A DNA stretch of 38,193 nt, taken from IMG/VR virus record IMGVR_UViG_3300048586_000134, positions 89,703-127,895 of that record; one strand, written 5' to 3'. Shown here one piece after another: positions 1 to 8,059 of the stretch. The first letter of the stretch is position 1, and every line of letters starts with the position of its first letter. The notes beneath the pieces were generated by a model. It searched no databases and was not told the origin of the DNA. It was given only the letters and a program-made list of their open reading frames with translations. The position numbers and the translations under genes were made by a program. Source of the stretch: a virus (Duplodnaviria; Heunggongvirae; Uroviricota; Caudoviricetes).

Positions 1-2
1 AC

Positions 3-989
3 TTGGCAGCGGTTGAGGCCGTCAAGCGTTCGACCGACACCAACGAGATTATCTCCCTGATCAATCAGTATGGACTTCCTCGGGAAGTTCTGCCGACTCA
101 GGCGTTGAATGATCCGAAGGTGTGGGAGGCGCTCCTTTACGCAGGTAAGGGAATGCCGCTGACGGCGCTGGTTCGAAACCTCGGTACGATGTCCAAGATC
201 GGTCTGCTCACGCAGGGTTCGGATGCGTCTCGCTACGTGCTTGACCGTCTGGACGATCAGGATGGACTGCTCAAGTCGAGGATTCACCCAATCGATCTTC
301 TCAAGGCAAAGATGGTGTACGCAAACGGTCAGGGTCTCAAGTCGTCCGCGACGTGGACTCCTGTCCAGCCAGTTGTATACGTGCTTGAGACAGCGTTCTA
401 CAAGTCCTTCGGGAATGTAGAGCCGACCAACAAGCGTCTCTGCCTTGCGCTCGACGTTTCGGGATCGATGACTTCTGGTGAGCGCACTGGCTCATTCGCG
501 TGGTACGGCGCAGGCCGTGAGCCACTTGCGGGTGTTCCAGGGCTGTCTCCACGCATCGCTTCAGGCGCTCTGGCGCTGATTACGGCTCGTACGGAAAGGG
601 ACTACGAAATCTACGGATTTACGACGAACTATCGTCAGCTTAACATCAGCGGCCACGACTCGCTTGAGACGGTGCTGAAGAAGATCAGCGACCTTCCATT
701 CGGCGGAACCGATTGTGCGTTGCCGTTCCGAGAGGCACAGCGACAGAACAAGAAGTTCGATGCCTTTATCGTCTACACGGACTCCGAAACGGGTGGAGGT
801 AACCCTTCTGCCGCGCTTCGCCAGTACCGTGCATCGTCGGGAATCCATGATGCGAAGCTCATCGTGAACGCGATGGAAGCTAACAACTTCTCAATCGCTG
901 ATCCGAGAGACCGTAACATGCTTGACGTGGTTGGATTCGACACGGCTGCACCGCAGATCATGTCTGAGTTCATTCGAGGGGGTATCTAA
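3..989 (+). CDS. rsr: Ro60/TROVE-domain RNA-binding protein (Rsr), 5' part outside window
   Basis: TROVE C-terminus (MPLTALVRNLG, RIHP) then vWA MIDAS DVSGSM, VYTDSET and IADPRDRNMLDVVGFD, typical of Ro60 orthologs. Confidence 0.95.
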   Translation: MAAVEAVKRSTDTNEIISLINQYGLPREVLPTQALNDPKVWEALLYAGKGMPLTALVRNLGTMSKIGLLTQGSDASRYVLDRLDDQDGLLKSRIHPIDLLKAKMVYANGQGLKSSATWTPVQPVVYVLETAFYKSFGNVEPTNKRLCLALDVSGSMTSGERTGSFAWYGAGREPLAGVPGLSPRIASGALALITARTERDYEIYGFTTNYRQLNISGHDSLETVLKKISDLPFGGTDCALPFREAQRQNKKFDAFIVYTDSETGGGNPSAALRQYRASSGIHDAKLIVNAMEANNFSIADPRDRNMLDVVGFDTAAPQIMSEFIRGGI

Positions 990-1010
990 GCCCTAGATGG
1001 AAACTTTCAA

Positions 1011-1075
1011 TCCGCTCGCCGCTACTGTACAGTACGAGGGTAAAACCTCGGAACATGTACGCCAGCGGGAGCGGA
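1011..1075 (+). other. Long hairpin directly after the Ro60 gene
   Basis: TCCGCTC/GAGCGGA, bulged G, CCGCT/AGCGG, GTACA/TGTAC, CGAGG/CCTCG. Confidence 0.6.
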
Positions 1076-1091
1076 CTGAAAGGGAACGAAA

Positions 1092-1508
1092 ATGGCTAGT
1101 TATATCCATGTGAACGCCGAGACCGATGAACAGGTCTCTGATGTTCTCGAACGATTACGTGGATCGGGCGTAGAGGTGGTCCATACGGGTGAAGACAACC
1201 CGATTTATGACGCACTCTTCTACGTTGCACGAATCAATTCAAAACTCGATAATCTTGGACAGCTACGACATCTGCACAAGATTCAAACGTCTCTTCAGAA
1301 GATCGAAGAAGCGCAGAGACAGGTTGGGACGTATTACCATACGCTCAACGTGGAAAAAAGTTACGAACAGGACGAACGCAGAAAATACTATATGGAGCTT
1401 GCTCGCACGTTAGGTGTAAAGCCCCAAATCAACTATCTCTACATGTCTCTCGATGCGATCAAGAGAGCGTTTGCAGCAGAAGTCGGGGCCATGAATGCAG
1501 AGGAGTAA
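1092..1508 (+). CDS. Hypothetical protein
   Basis: 138-aa ORF, AGGGA RBS. Confidence 0.75.
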   Translation: MASYIHVNAETDEQVSDVLERLRGSGVEVVHTGEDNPIYDALFYVARINSKLDNLGQLRHLHKIQTSLQKIEEAQRQVGTYYHTLNVEKSYEQDERRKYYMELARTLGVKPQINYLYMSLDAIKRAFAAEVGAMNAEE

Positions 1509-1510
1509 GC

Positions 1511-1741
1511 ATGAAGGTATTTACCGCGTCGTGGTGTGGACCATGCCAGACATACAAACAACAACTCGATGGGATGGATGTCGAGATTATCGATGTTGAG
1601 GAGAATATTCCTCTGGCAATCGAGTATCAGGCATATTCAGTACCCTTGACGGTTTTCGTCAAAGATGGTATGGTTACGCATAAGGTGAATGGGCCGATTC
1701 CTCGTCAAGAGGTTGAGGCGCTTCGAATGCAATACGAATAA
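1511..1741 (+). CDS. Thioredoxin/glutaredoxin-like protein
   Basis: WCGPC active site, SVP cis-Pro motif, GGAG RBS. Confidence 0.9.
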   Translation: MKVFTASWCGPCQTYKQQLDGMDVEIIDVEENIPLAIEYQAYSVPLTVFVKDGMVTHKVNGPIPRQEVEALRMQYE

Positions 1742-1771
1742 CAATGCGGAGCGTCGAAAGGCGCTCCCTGA

Positions 1772-1846
1772 TGCGGGGTGGCGCAGAGGCAGCGCGTGGG
1801 TCTCATAAGCCCAAGGTCAGTCGTTCGAATCGACTCCCCGCCTCCA
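1772..1846 (+). tRNA. tRNA-Met(CAT), probably initiator
   Basis: Cloverleaf, CAT 1804-1806, 1:72 mismatch, encoded CCA. Confidence 0.9.
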
Positions 1847-1859
1847 AGGAGGAGGAGCA

Positions 1860-2099
1860 ATGGCGGTTATTCTTCAGCTTAACAAGCCACGAAAGGTCAA
1901 CAATCTTCGTTGGCGCGTCACCTGTCATGACTGTGAGTCCTTGATTGGGCTTACGGAAGAGGACAAAAGCTACATTGTTGATGACGCCGATGGGTATGGA
2001 ACTGATCTGACGGTTCGTGTATCATGCTTTCGCTGTCCTGCGTGTCAGGCGGTGAATGTTTTCTCCTTCGATCCAAAACTTGCGGTAAAGATGCGGTAA
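1860..2099 (+). CDS. Small Zn-ribbon protein (paralog 1)
   Basis: CHDC...CPAC, GGAGGAG RBS. Confidence 0.75.
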   Translation: MAVILQLNKPRKVNNLRWRVTCHDCESLIGLTEEDKSYIVDDADGYGTDLTVRVSCFRCPACQAVNVFSFDPKLAVKMR

Positions 2100-2108
2100 G
2101 GAGGGGTA

Positions 2109-2462
2109 ATGAAGGTAAATGATGCAGTCGCCTTGATCGATGTGCTGGCATGGGGTGGAAACTACCCAAAAGAGATACTCAAGATTGCGCGAGAGATTCT
2201 GGTCTGGTATAATGCCTATCTGGAATCTGTCACAATTGGCTCAAGCGGTATTTATCTCTTCTTCTTCAACCGCGAAGCAGACAAAGTTGCTCAGGTTTAC
2301 TTCAGCAGGCTCTTTCCTGAGTCGTACGAAGTTCGTTTCTACGACGTTGGCGCAGGTATTATTCCGAACTCAAAATATGGTAGTTTCAGACTGACGACGA
2401 GTCAGCAATACTGTCACTTGCATAAATTTCTCGATGATGGTATCATTCGGGAGGTGGCATGA
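2109..2462 (+). CDS. Hypothetical protein
   Basis: 117-aa ORF, GGAGG RBS. Confidence 0.75.
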   Translation: MKVNDAVALIDVLAWGGNYPKEILKIAREILVWYNAYLESVTIGSSGIYLFFFNREADKVAQVYFSRLFPESYEVRFYDVGAGIIPNSKYGSFRLTTSQQYCHLHKFLDDGIIREVA

Positions 2463-2674
2463 TGGTCCGCGTGATCAAAGAGGACAAAGAGTTCGAAATC
2501 CGTTGCACGGATTGCCTGCATCTCCTTGCTTACAAGCTCGAAGACATTGAAGATGTCTATGACTACGATTACACTGGTAGTCGAGACTATCTCGGTAAGG
2601 GTATCACATGTCCTGTTTGCCGTGAAAGGCTTGTTATTGGACACAAGAAGGAGGTTCGCCATGAAAATCATTAA
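2459..2674 (+). CDS. Small Zn-ribbon protein (paralog 2)
   Basis: CTDC...CPVC, ATGA overlap with previous gene. Confidence 0.75.
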   Translation: MMVRVIKEDKEFEIRCTDCLHLLAYKLEDIEDVYDYDYTGSRDYLGKGITCPVCRERLVIGHKKEVRHENH

Positions 2675-2930
2675 GCCGTCTCCGTTTGCGGATGAATGGA
2701 CTATGCAGGTTACCTGTCCACGTTGCAAGGCTGTCCTTGAGGTGAACAAAAACGATCTGACTGTCAATTATTACGATGATCAGCGTGAGGGTTCCTACTA
2801 CTCCTGCCATGCGACATGCATCTCCTGTCATCATCTTGTTTCGGTGAATGCGCCGAGAGACTTGCTTGAATATCTCTACAAGACGAGAGGGAACTCGAAT
2901 TCCTCGTCGTCCTACTACGATTATCGATAA
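2661..2930 (+). CDS. Small Zn-ribbon protein (paralog 3)
   Basis: CPRC...CISC; start moved to ATG 2661 behind AAGGAGG. Confidence 0.75.
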   Translation: MKIIKPSPFADEWTMQVTCPRCKAVLEVNKNDLTVNYYDDQREGSYYSCHATCISCHHLVSVNAPRDLLEYLYKTRGNSNSSSSYYDYR

Positions 2931-2938
2931 GTAAATAT

Positions 2939-2964
2939 GGGTCAGTTGTCCGTGGTCGGGCATC
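2939..2964 (+). pseudogene. Orphan 5' fragment of tRNA-Tyr
   Basis: GGGTCAG-TT-GTCCG-TGGT-CGGGC-ATC parallels GGGTCAG-CC-TCCTG-TGGT-CAGGA-ATC at 3366. Confidence 0.7.
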
Positions 2965-2973
2965 GGAGGGAAT

Positions 2974-3366
2974 ATGAGTCTTTTACAGAAGAACACTAGA
3001 AAGCAGGGTGATGCAGGACTTGGACAGGCAATTGCCTATTTTACGTCTCTTGGCTACTCTGTTTCCCTTCCTCTCACCGAGAGTCAGCGTTATGACCTCA
3101 TTGTGGACGACGGAGAGAGTCTAAATCGAGTCGAAGTCAAAACTACGCGGAACAAGAAAAGCGATGCCGCGAGTTTTGTGGTACAACTTGCTACGAATGG
3201 TGGCAACCAAACATGGAACGGAACAATCCGAAAAATCTCCAAACTTGACAGCGACTATGTATTCGTGGTAACATCAGATGGAAGTCGGTATCTCATTCCA
3301 ACCGAACTTCTCGATGGTAAGCAGAATGTGACGCTTACCTCAAAATGGGATGAGTTCAAAATCTAG
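2974..3366 (+). CDS. PD-(D/E)XK putative homing endonuclease
   Basis: GYSVSLP...RYDLIVD...RVEVKT signature; stop overlaps first base of tRNA-Tyr. Confidence 0.85.
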   Translation: MSLLQKNTRKQGDAGLGQAIAYFTSLGYSVSLPLTESQRYDLIVDDGESLNRVEVKTTRNKKSDAASFVVQLATNGGNQTWNGTIRKISKLDSDYVFVVTSDGSRYLIPTELLDGKQNVTLTSKWDEFKI

Positions 3367-3446
3367 GGTCAGCCTCCTGTGGTCAGGAATCCAATCTGTA
3401 AAATTGGCGCTCTTTAGCAATGCAAGTTCGATTCTTGTCTGGCCCA
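3366..3446 (+). tRNA. tRNA-Tyr(GTA)
   Basis: GGGTCAG/CTGGCCC, GTA 3398-3400, variable arm; atypical D arm. Confidence 0.85.
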
Positions 3447-3447
3447 C

Positions 3448-3543
3448 CGCTGAAAGCCGAGGTCACAGGGTTATCCATTGAGGGTCTTACTCGAAAGAGA
3501 TTACTGTCACGCATCTCCCTACGACGACGACTTGCTGGAAGCG
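3448..3543 (+). ncRNA. Y RNA-like #1
   Basis: AGC[C]GA pairs with TTGCT; 8 nt then GGTTATC; upper stem GTCacAGGG/CCCTacGAC; T-tract follows. Confidence 0.8.
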
Positions 3544-3571
3544 TTTTTCTGTTATCATGGGGGTGGTTACC

Positions 3572-3715
3572 ATGTTGGAGGTGTTACTTGCCGTTAATCT
3601 GGTCTTGTTGATCAGACTCTATATCGGCCTAATAAGACACGAGAAAAAGACCGCCGAAATGACGGAGAAGATCGATGCGTTGGTGTACAGCGTTGCGAAT
3701 CTTCTGAACAAGTAA
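3572..3715 (+). CDS. Small membrane protein (47 aa)
   Basis: MLEVLLAVNLVLLIRLYIG...; below ORF-track cutoff. Confidence 0.55.
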   Translation: MLEVLLAVNLVLLIRLYIGLIRHEKKTAEMTEKIDALVYSVANLLNK

Positions 3716-3727
3716 AAGGAGAGGAAG

Positions 3728-4339
3728 ATGACATTCGCGATTGATCAACTCTTTACGACGTGGTGGGAGTTTTTTGGGGTCATAACGGGCATTCTGAGCG
3801 TGGCGTTCCTGCTACCGACGAAACACCCTCGACTTCAATACCTGAATTGGCCTGCGGGTGTCATGACAGCGGCAATCTACACGTACATCTTCACCGAATG
3901 GGAGTTGTACGGTAACGCCGCATTACAAGTCTATTTCGTGCTCGTTTGTCTGGTTGGTGCGTGGACATGGAGAGGGCAGTTGCGGGGTCTCGTCAGTGAC
4001 GTTCCCGAAATTCCCATCACGACCTGTCCGTGGTCTGAAGTCTGGAAAGCAGGACTCTTTGCTCTGGCTATCTCGATTCCGATCATCGGCGTACTTACCC
4101 TGACAAATGACGCGCATCCAATTCCAGATGGTGCGATGGTTGCTCTGTCAGCCGCCGCAATCTGGCTTCAACTCAAGAAATACGTTCAGTCGTGGTTCTT
4201 CTGGATCGCGGTTGATTGTATTGCCATTCCGCTACACGCCTCCCAAGGTTTAGGCGCAACCGCAGCACTCTATGCTATTTACATGGCAATGTGCTTCGTT
4301 GGTTACAGACAGTGGGCGAAAGAAGCGGCAAATGGCTAA
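3728..4339 (+). CDS. pnuC: Nicotinamide riboside transporter PnuC
   Basis: Polytopic membrane protein with LNWPAG, YGNAALQVYF, WFFWIAVD motifs; next to nadR. Confidence 0.9.
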   Translation: MTFAIDQLFTTWWEFFGVITGILSVAFLLPTKHPRLQYLNWPAGVMTAAIYTYIFTEWELYGNAALQVYFVLVCLVGAWTWRGQLRGLVSDVPEIPITTCPWSEVWKAGLFALAISIPIIGVLTLTNDAHPIPDGAMVALSAAAIWLQLKKYVQSWFFWIAVDCIAIPLHASQGLGATAALYAIYMAMCFVGYRQWAKEAANG

Positions 4340-4829
4340 CATTATTCTCTTAAGAGGAACCCCGCTAAGTGGGAAAACGACCTTTGCTCAGAAAGCTGTG
4401 CTTGAGAGCAACGGTACATTAAAACTGGTCTCGAAGGACGCCTTAAGGCATATGTGTGACACCGATAATCGATTTGGTAACACACAGGCAAAAGAATACA
4501 CCGAACTTCGAGACCAGCTAATCTCCTTCTGGACTAAGCGCTTCTATAATGTGATCGTAGATGAGACCTTTGCGCGATTCGAAGATATTTACGAGGTTCG
4601 TAAGAAATTCATCTTTGACTCGCCTTGGAATATGTGCACCATTTACGACATGCCGCTCCTGTCACTAGACGAGCTAATTGACCGTGATCGTGAACGGGCA
4701 GAGCGCATTGGGCGTCGAATCGGTGCCGAAGAGTTAGCCGAGTATCATCGGCTCATTACGGAGTGGCCGACGAGGAAGTATCCTTCGTGGGAAAACCAAC
4801 GCCGCTGGGAGGAGGAGAAACATGTTTAA
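4332..4829 (+). CDS. P-loop kinase, T4 Pnk kinase-domain-like (AAA_33)
   Basis: IILLRGTPLSGKTT, VSKDALR, VIVDET; start set at ATG 4332. Confidence 0.75.
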   Translation: MANIILLRGTPLSGKTTFAQKAVLESNGTLKLVSKDALRHMCDTDNRFGNTQAKEYTELRDQLISFWTKRFYNVIVDETFARFEDIYEVRKKFIFDSPWNMCTIYDMPLLSLDELIDRDRERAERIGRRIGAEELAEYHRLITEWPTRKYPSWENQRRWEEEKHV

Positions 4830-5877
4830 GCATGGGATTGTTGCAGGGAAATTCTGGCCGCTGCACAAGGGACATGACGCCCTCATTCGTACAGCCTTGC
4901 GGCAGTGCGAACGCGTCACCGTCTTTGTGGTTTGGCTTGGCGATCAGGAACCAAGTGGTTTGACGCGTCAGGCATGGGTGCAAGCTGCCTATCCGCAAGC
5001 AGATGTACGACTTGTGGTGGATATCTGTACTGATGATAACCATCCAGACTCGTCAGTGACGTGGGCTGAGTACACGAAGGACATTCTCGAAGGCGATCTT
5101 CCCGATGCGGTCTTCTCGTCTGAGCCGTACGGAACATGGTGGGCTGCAAATATGGGAGCGCAGCACGTTCAGGTCAACCTGAATCGTAGCTACTTCCCGA
5201 TTAGTGGAACCATGATACGAAGTGATCCATATAAGTACTTTCACTACATCCATCCGATTGCGCGTGCGTACTACAACAAGCGCGTTCTCGTGGTAGGTGC
5301 TGAATCGACAGGCAAGACAACGCTATGCGCTGATCTTGCAATCGACTACTCTACGGTCTTTGTGCCTGAGTATGGTCGTATCTATGTCGAGAACAAGGCA
5401 TCTCGCGATGGTGTTGATGAGCGTGCCTGTTTTGGCGAAATCGTGAATCGACAGCTTCGTATGGAAGAAGAATATCTGAAAGACGCAAATCGCGTCCTTT
5501 TCTGCGACACTGATCTTTTCACAACGTCTCTCTGGTGGGAGCGTTGGATGGGAACGGGCTATGACCGTCTCTGGAATACGATTCAGACGATGGGGATCGA
5601 GCATGCGCATAAATATGATCTTGTACTCGTGATGGATCATGAAGGAACCGAGTGGGTTGATGACGGATTCCGCGATCAGCGTGATACGCGTGCGTGGTTT
5701 ACGGAGAACCTTGAAAACTTCTTCCGTTCGGTTGTTGTAAAAGAGTTCTACCCGACAGATGAGCGTCCACTCAATGTGGTCAAGCTGTCTGGCTCATGGG
5801 AAGAGCGTCACAAGACGGCGATTGCCGCTGTGAACGAGATTTTCGGTCAAACGGAGGCATTGCTTCCAAGGAGTTAA
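4822..5877 (+). CDS. nadR: NadR-like bifunctional NMN adenylyltransferase / ribosylnicotinamide kinase
   Basis: GKFWPLHKGH, ISGTMIR, GAESTGKTT, EYGR, FCDTD. Confidence 0.92.
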   Translation: MFKHGIVAGKFWPLHKGHDALIRTALRQCERVTVFVVWLGDQEPSGLTRQAWVQAAYPQADVRLVVDICTDDNHPDSSVTWAEYTKDILEGDLPDAVFSSEPYGTWWAANMGAQHVQVNLNRSYFPISGTMIRSDPYKYFHYIHPIARAYYNKRVLVVGAESTGKTTLCADLAIDYSTVFVPEYGRIYVENKASRDGVDERACFGEIVNRQLRMEEEYLKDANRVLFCDTDLFTTSLWWERWMGTGYDRLWNTIQTMGIEHAHKYDLVLVMDHEGTEWVDDGFRDQRDTRAWFTENLENFFRSVVVKEFYPTDERPLNVVKLSGSWEERHKTAIAAVNEIFGQTEALLPRS

Positions 5878-5881
5878 CACT

Positions 5882-5941
5882 ATGTATATCGGCATTGGTA
5901 CACTACTCATCATTATCATTCTGCTCATTCTTCTTTTCTAG
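5882..5941 (+). CDS. 19-aa hydrophobic micropeptide
   Basis: MYIGIGTLLIIIILLILLF; AAGGAG RBS 8 nt upstream. Confidence 0.55.
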   Translation: MYIGIGTLLIIIILLILLF

Positions 5942-5961
5942 GAGGCTTCGCGCCTCCATCT

Positions 5962-6034
5962 GCCGCGTAAGCTATTGTGGAACAGCAGCCGACTTTTAAT
6001 CGGCAGACGGCGGGTTCGATGCCTGCACGCGGTA
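5962..6034 (+). tRNA. tRNA-Lys(TTT)
   Basis: GCCGA-CTTTTAA-TCGGC, TTT 5995-5997. Confidence 0.88.
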
Positions 6035-6048
6035 CAGGGATTTTGCGT

Positions 6049-6375
6049 ATGGTGAACAAGACACGAATACGATCTGAGCTAAAGTCATGGTTTTACACAC
6101 TCAAGAGTCAATGTGCCTGTGTAGACTGTGGAGAAGCGCATCCAGCGTGTCTTGATTTCCATCACCGTAATCCTCGACATAAGGTTATGTCTGTCTCTGA
6201 GATGGTGAACCTGTGTTTTTCAAAGGACGACATTATTACAGAGATTATGAAATGTGATTCGCTGTGTGCGAATTGCCACCGAAAGCGGCATTGGGCCGAA
6301 GGAGGTTATTATGGAAAACGACATTCAACGCGTCGAGGTAGACGTGATCTACGTGCTTCGGAACAACGATGGTGA
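6049..6375 (+). CDS. HNH endonuclease (family A)
   Basis: CVDC...LDFHHR...KCDSLCANCHRKRH; start moved to ATG 6049, after the tRNA. Confidence 0.85.
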   Translation: MVNKTRIRSELKSWFYTLKSQCACVDCGEAHPACLDFHHRNPRHKVMSVSEMVNLCFSKDDIITEIMKCDSLCANCHRKRHWAEGGYYGKRHSTRRGRRDLRASEQRW

Positions 6376-6538
6376 TCTGTTCACGAAGTCAGAGTTGACA
6401 CGGAATACCTTCGTCGGGTATCTTACGGTAGACGCAGCGAGACGAGCGCGTGCGCATGCCAATAAAGTCGGGTATAATCCGCCATTCGAGATTGTACCAA
6501 TCCAAGTTTCGTCACTAGGCTTCACCCAAGAAGTCTAG
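6311..6538 (+). CDS. Hypothetical protein
   Basis: GGAGG RBS, 75 aa. Confidence 0.7.
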   Translation: MENDIQRVEVDVIYVLRNNDGDLFTKSELTRNTFVGYLTVDAARRARAHANKVGYNPPFEIVPIQVSSLGFTQEV

Positions 6539-6539
6539 A

Positions 6540-6577
6540 TGTCGCCAAAATCAAACGTATCGCATATGATAGTATGT
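6540..6577 (+). promoter_or_regulatory. Repeated sigma70-like promoter, copy 1
   Basis: TCGCCA 6542-6547, 17 nt, TATGAT 6565-6570; same motif at 10993 and 16734. Confidence 0.8.
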
Positions 6578-6584
6578 GATACAT

Positions 6585-6655
6585 GCTTCCTTAGCTGAGT
6601 GGCTTAGCAACTGGCTCTTAACCAGTAGAGCGGAGTTCGATCCTCCGAGGGGGCA
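6585..6655 (+). tRNA. tRNA-Lys(CTT)
   Basis: ACTGG-CTCTTAA-CCAGT, CTT 6617-6619. Confidence 0.9.
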
Positions 6656-6659
6656 CTAT

Positions 6660-6734
6660 GGTGGGTGTAGCCTAATGGTAAGGCGAACGGCTGTGAACCG
6701 TGCTATTCGAGTTCGATCCTCGACATTCACCCCA
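6660..6734 (+). tRNA. tRNA-His(GTG)
   Basis: G-1:C73, GTG 6693-6695, encoded CCA. Confidence 0.93.
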
Positions 6735-7172
6735 TATCCGAAGATTGCTCGCTCTCAATGTGAGAGAGGAAAGTCCGCGCAGCGCAGAGTAGGGTGCCAA
6801 GGCTAAGAACCGAGGGCACCAAGGAGAAACACATGACAAACCGACTATCGATGACGCTCTTGATCCGTCTGAACTCCGATTCAGAAATCACCGCTGACCG
6901 CGTTGCGGAACTAGTGGCAGAACGTCTGGCAGAGCTTCCTGACGTAAAGGCCGTCATGACGGTTGATGTGACCGATCTTGGTGACAGTCAGACTAACAGA
7001 AAAGATTCTTGGGTTGACGAAGAGGCTGATGTCCAGTCCGATCCAAGCTGAAAATAGTAGAGAATCCTCCCTGCTGCAAGTTCGACCGTGGTGTGTCACT
7101 CGCACAAGACCACGAAGTAACGCTGAGATAGATGAGCATTGGAACAGAACGCGGCTTACATAAAGGGTATGG
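6735..7172 (+). ncRNA. rnpB: RNase P RNA, bacterial type A-like, lacking P18
   Basis: GAGGAAAGTCC 6766-6776 and ACAGAACGCGGCTTA 7144-7158; P2, P3, P4, P5 (GCAGC/GCTGC), P6 (GAGT/ACTC), P7 and P15-17 all pair. Confidence 0.88.
6833..7051 (+). CDS. Possible 72-aa ORF inside the RNase P RNA S-domain
   Basis: AAGGAG RBS 6 nt before ATG 6833; amphipathic ADRVAELVAERLAELPDV. Confidence 0.5.
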   Translation: MTNRLSMTLLIRLNSDSEITADRVAELVAERLAELPDVKAVMTVDVTDLGDSQTNRKDSWVDEEADVQSDPS

Positions 7173-7255
7173 AAACTTCTTGCTTTCTCGCGGCATTATT
7201 CAAGTGCAAGGACACTTGTTACGACGAATTGTGTGAGATACAAGACGAAATTGAT

Positions 7256-7337
7256 GCAGATATGGCGGAACGGCATACGCGGTAGCTTCAGAAGCTATGA
7301 TCTTGTGATCGTGAGAGTTCGAATCTCTCTATCTGCA
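7256..7337 (+). tRNA. tRNA-Leu(CAG)
   Basis: CAG 7289-7291, long variable arm. Confidence 0.92.
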
Positions 7338-7339
7338 CC

Positions 7340-7490
7340 GAGCATAAGCCGACCTTCAATCGTTATCATCCCCACCAAGGAGAGCCACGACTCTCCACTT
7401 GGGGACGAGGGGTTCGACTCCCCCGTATAGCGACGGTTCGCATGTTGGCAGACATCCAACGTGTGCGGTTTTAGGACTTATTGCTTGCTC
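7340..7490 (+). ncRNA. Y RNA-like #2
   Basis: AAGC[C]GA/TTGCTT; CCTtcAATCG/CGGTTttAGG; CGTTATC; internal T-arm GGGG-TTCGACT-CCCC 7409-7423. Confidence 0.82.
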
Positions 7491-7549
7491 TCTCTTGTCT
7501 AGGAGAGTGCTCGTGGTGGATGTTCGGGGTTGCTTGCGGCTCCGAATGT

Positions 7550-7622
7550 GGGGAATTGGCGCAACGGCAGACGCATTAATTTTAAAAATTAAGAGTTGTG
7601 GGTTCGAATCCCACATTCCCTA
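7550..7622 (+). tRNA. tRNA-Leu(TAA), short variable loop
   Basis: TTAAT-TTTAAAA-ATTAA, TAA 7583-7585, Leu-type D loop. Confidence 0.85.
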
Positions 7623-7638
7623 CTGACTAGGAGGGTGT

Positions 7639-8058
7639 ATGCGAAAATATACAGATGATGATATCATTGTGTATGCAGCAGAGTCCTTCAGTCTTGCGCA
7701 GTTGCTTTCTAAGCTAGGTCTTCGGTCTGCTGGTGGTAACTATGCACATATGAAGAAGCATCTTCAACGCCTTAATGTTGACACATCTCACTGGACTGGA
7801 CAGGCGTGGAGCGCCGACCAACGTCTCAAGGACTGGTCAAAGTTTAAGAAGATGGATTGGTTAAAAAAGCACCTTATCCGTGAGCGAGGACATCGGTGTG
7901 AGAAATGCTTGACAGAGATGTGGTTTGATGATATGATTACGTTAGAAGTTCATCACATTGATGGTGATCGCACTAACAACGTATACGAGAACCTTCAACT
8001 TCTTTGTCCAAATTGTCATTCGTACACCGACAATTGGCGAGGGAAGAATAAAAAATAA
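7639..8058 (+). CDS. HNH endonuclease (family B)
   Basis: CEKC...LEVHHIDGDRTNN...NLQLLCPNCHS. Confidence 0.92.
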   Translation: MRKYTDDDIIVYAAESFSLAQLLSKLGLRSAGGNYAHMKKHLQRLNVDTSHWTGQAWSADQRLKDWSKFKKMDWLKKHLIRERGHRCEKCLTEMWFDDMITLEVHHIDGDRTNNVYENLQLLCPNCHSYTDNWRGKNKK

Positions 8059-8059
8059 T

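Noticed and set aside
1748-1767. GGAGCGTC-GAAA-GGCGCTCC contains a GNCGAAAG string resembling a bacterial Ro-binding motif
   Set aside because: It is a local GNRA hairpin with no distal UUGC partner and no UUAUC; more likely a tRNA leader hairpin.
2931-3450. Group I intron around the PD-(D/E)XK gene
   Set aside because: No P/Q/R/S core is visible and there is too little non-coding space; the flanks are tRNA-Tyr pieces.
5977-6048. ORF-track starts that run through RNA genes (5977, 10333, 11066, 15648, 22428, 35588)
   Set aside because: Downstream ATG/GTG codons with good RBSs lie just after the RNA genes, so starts were reassigned.
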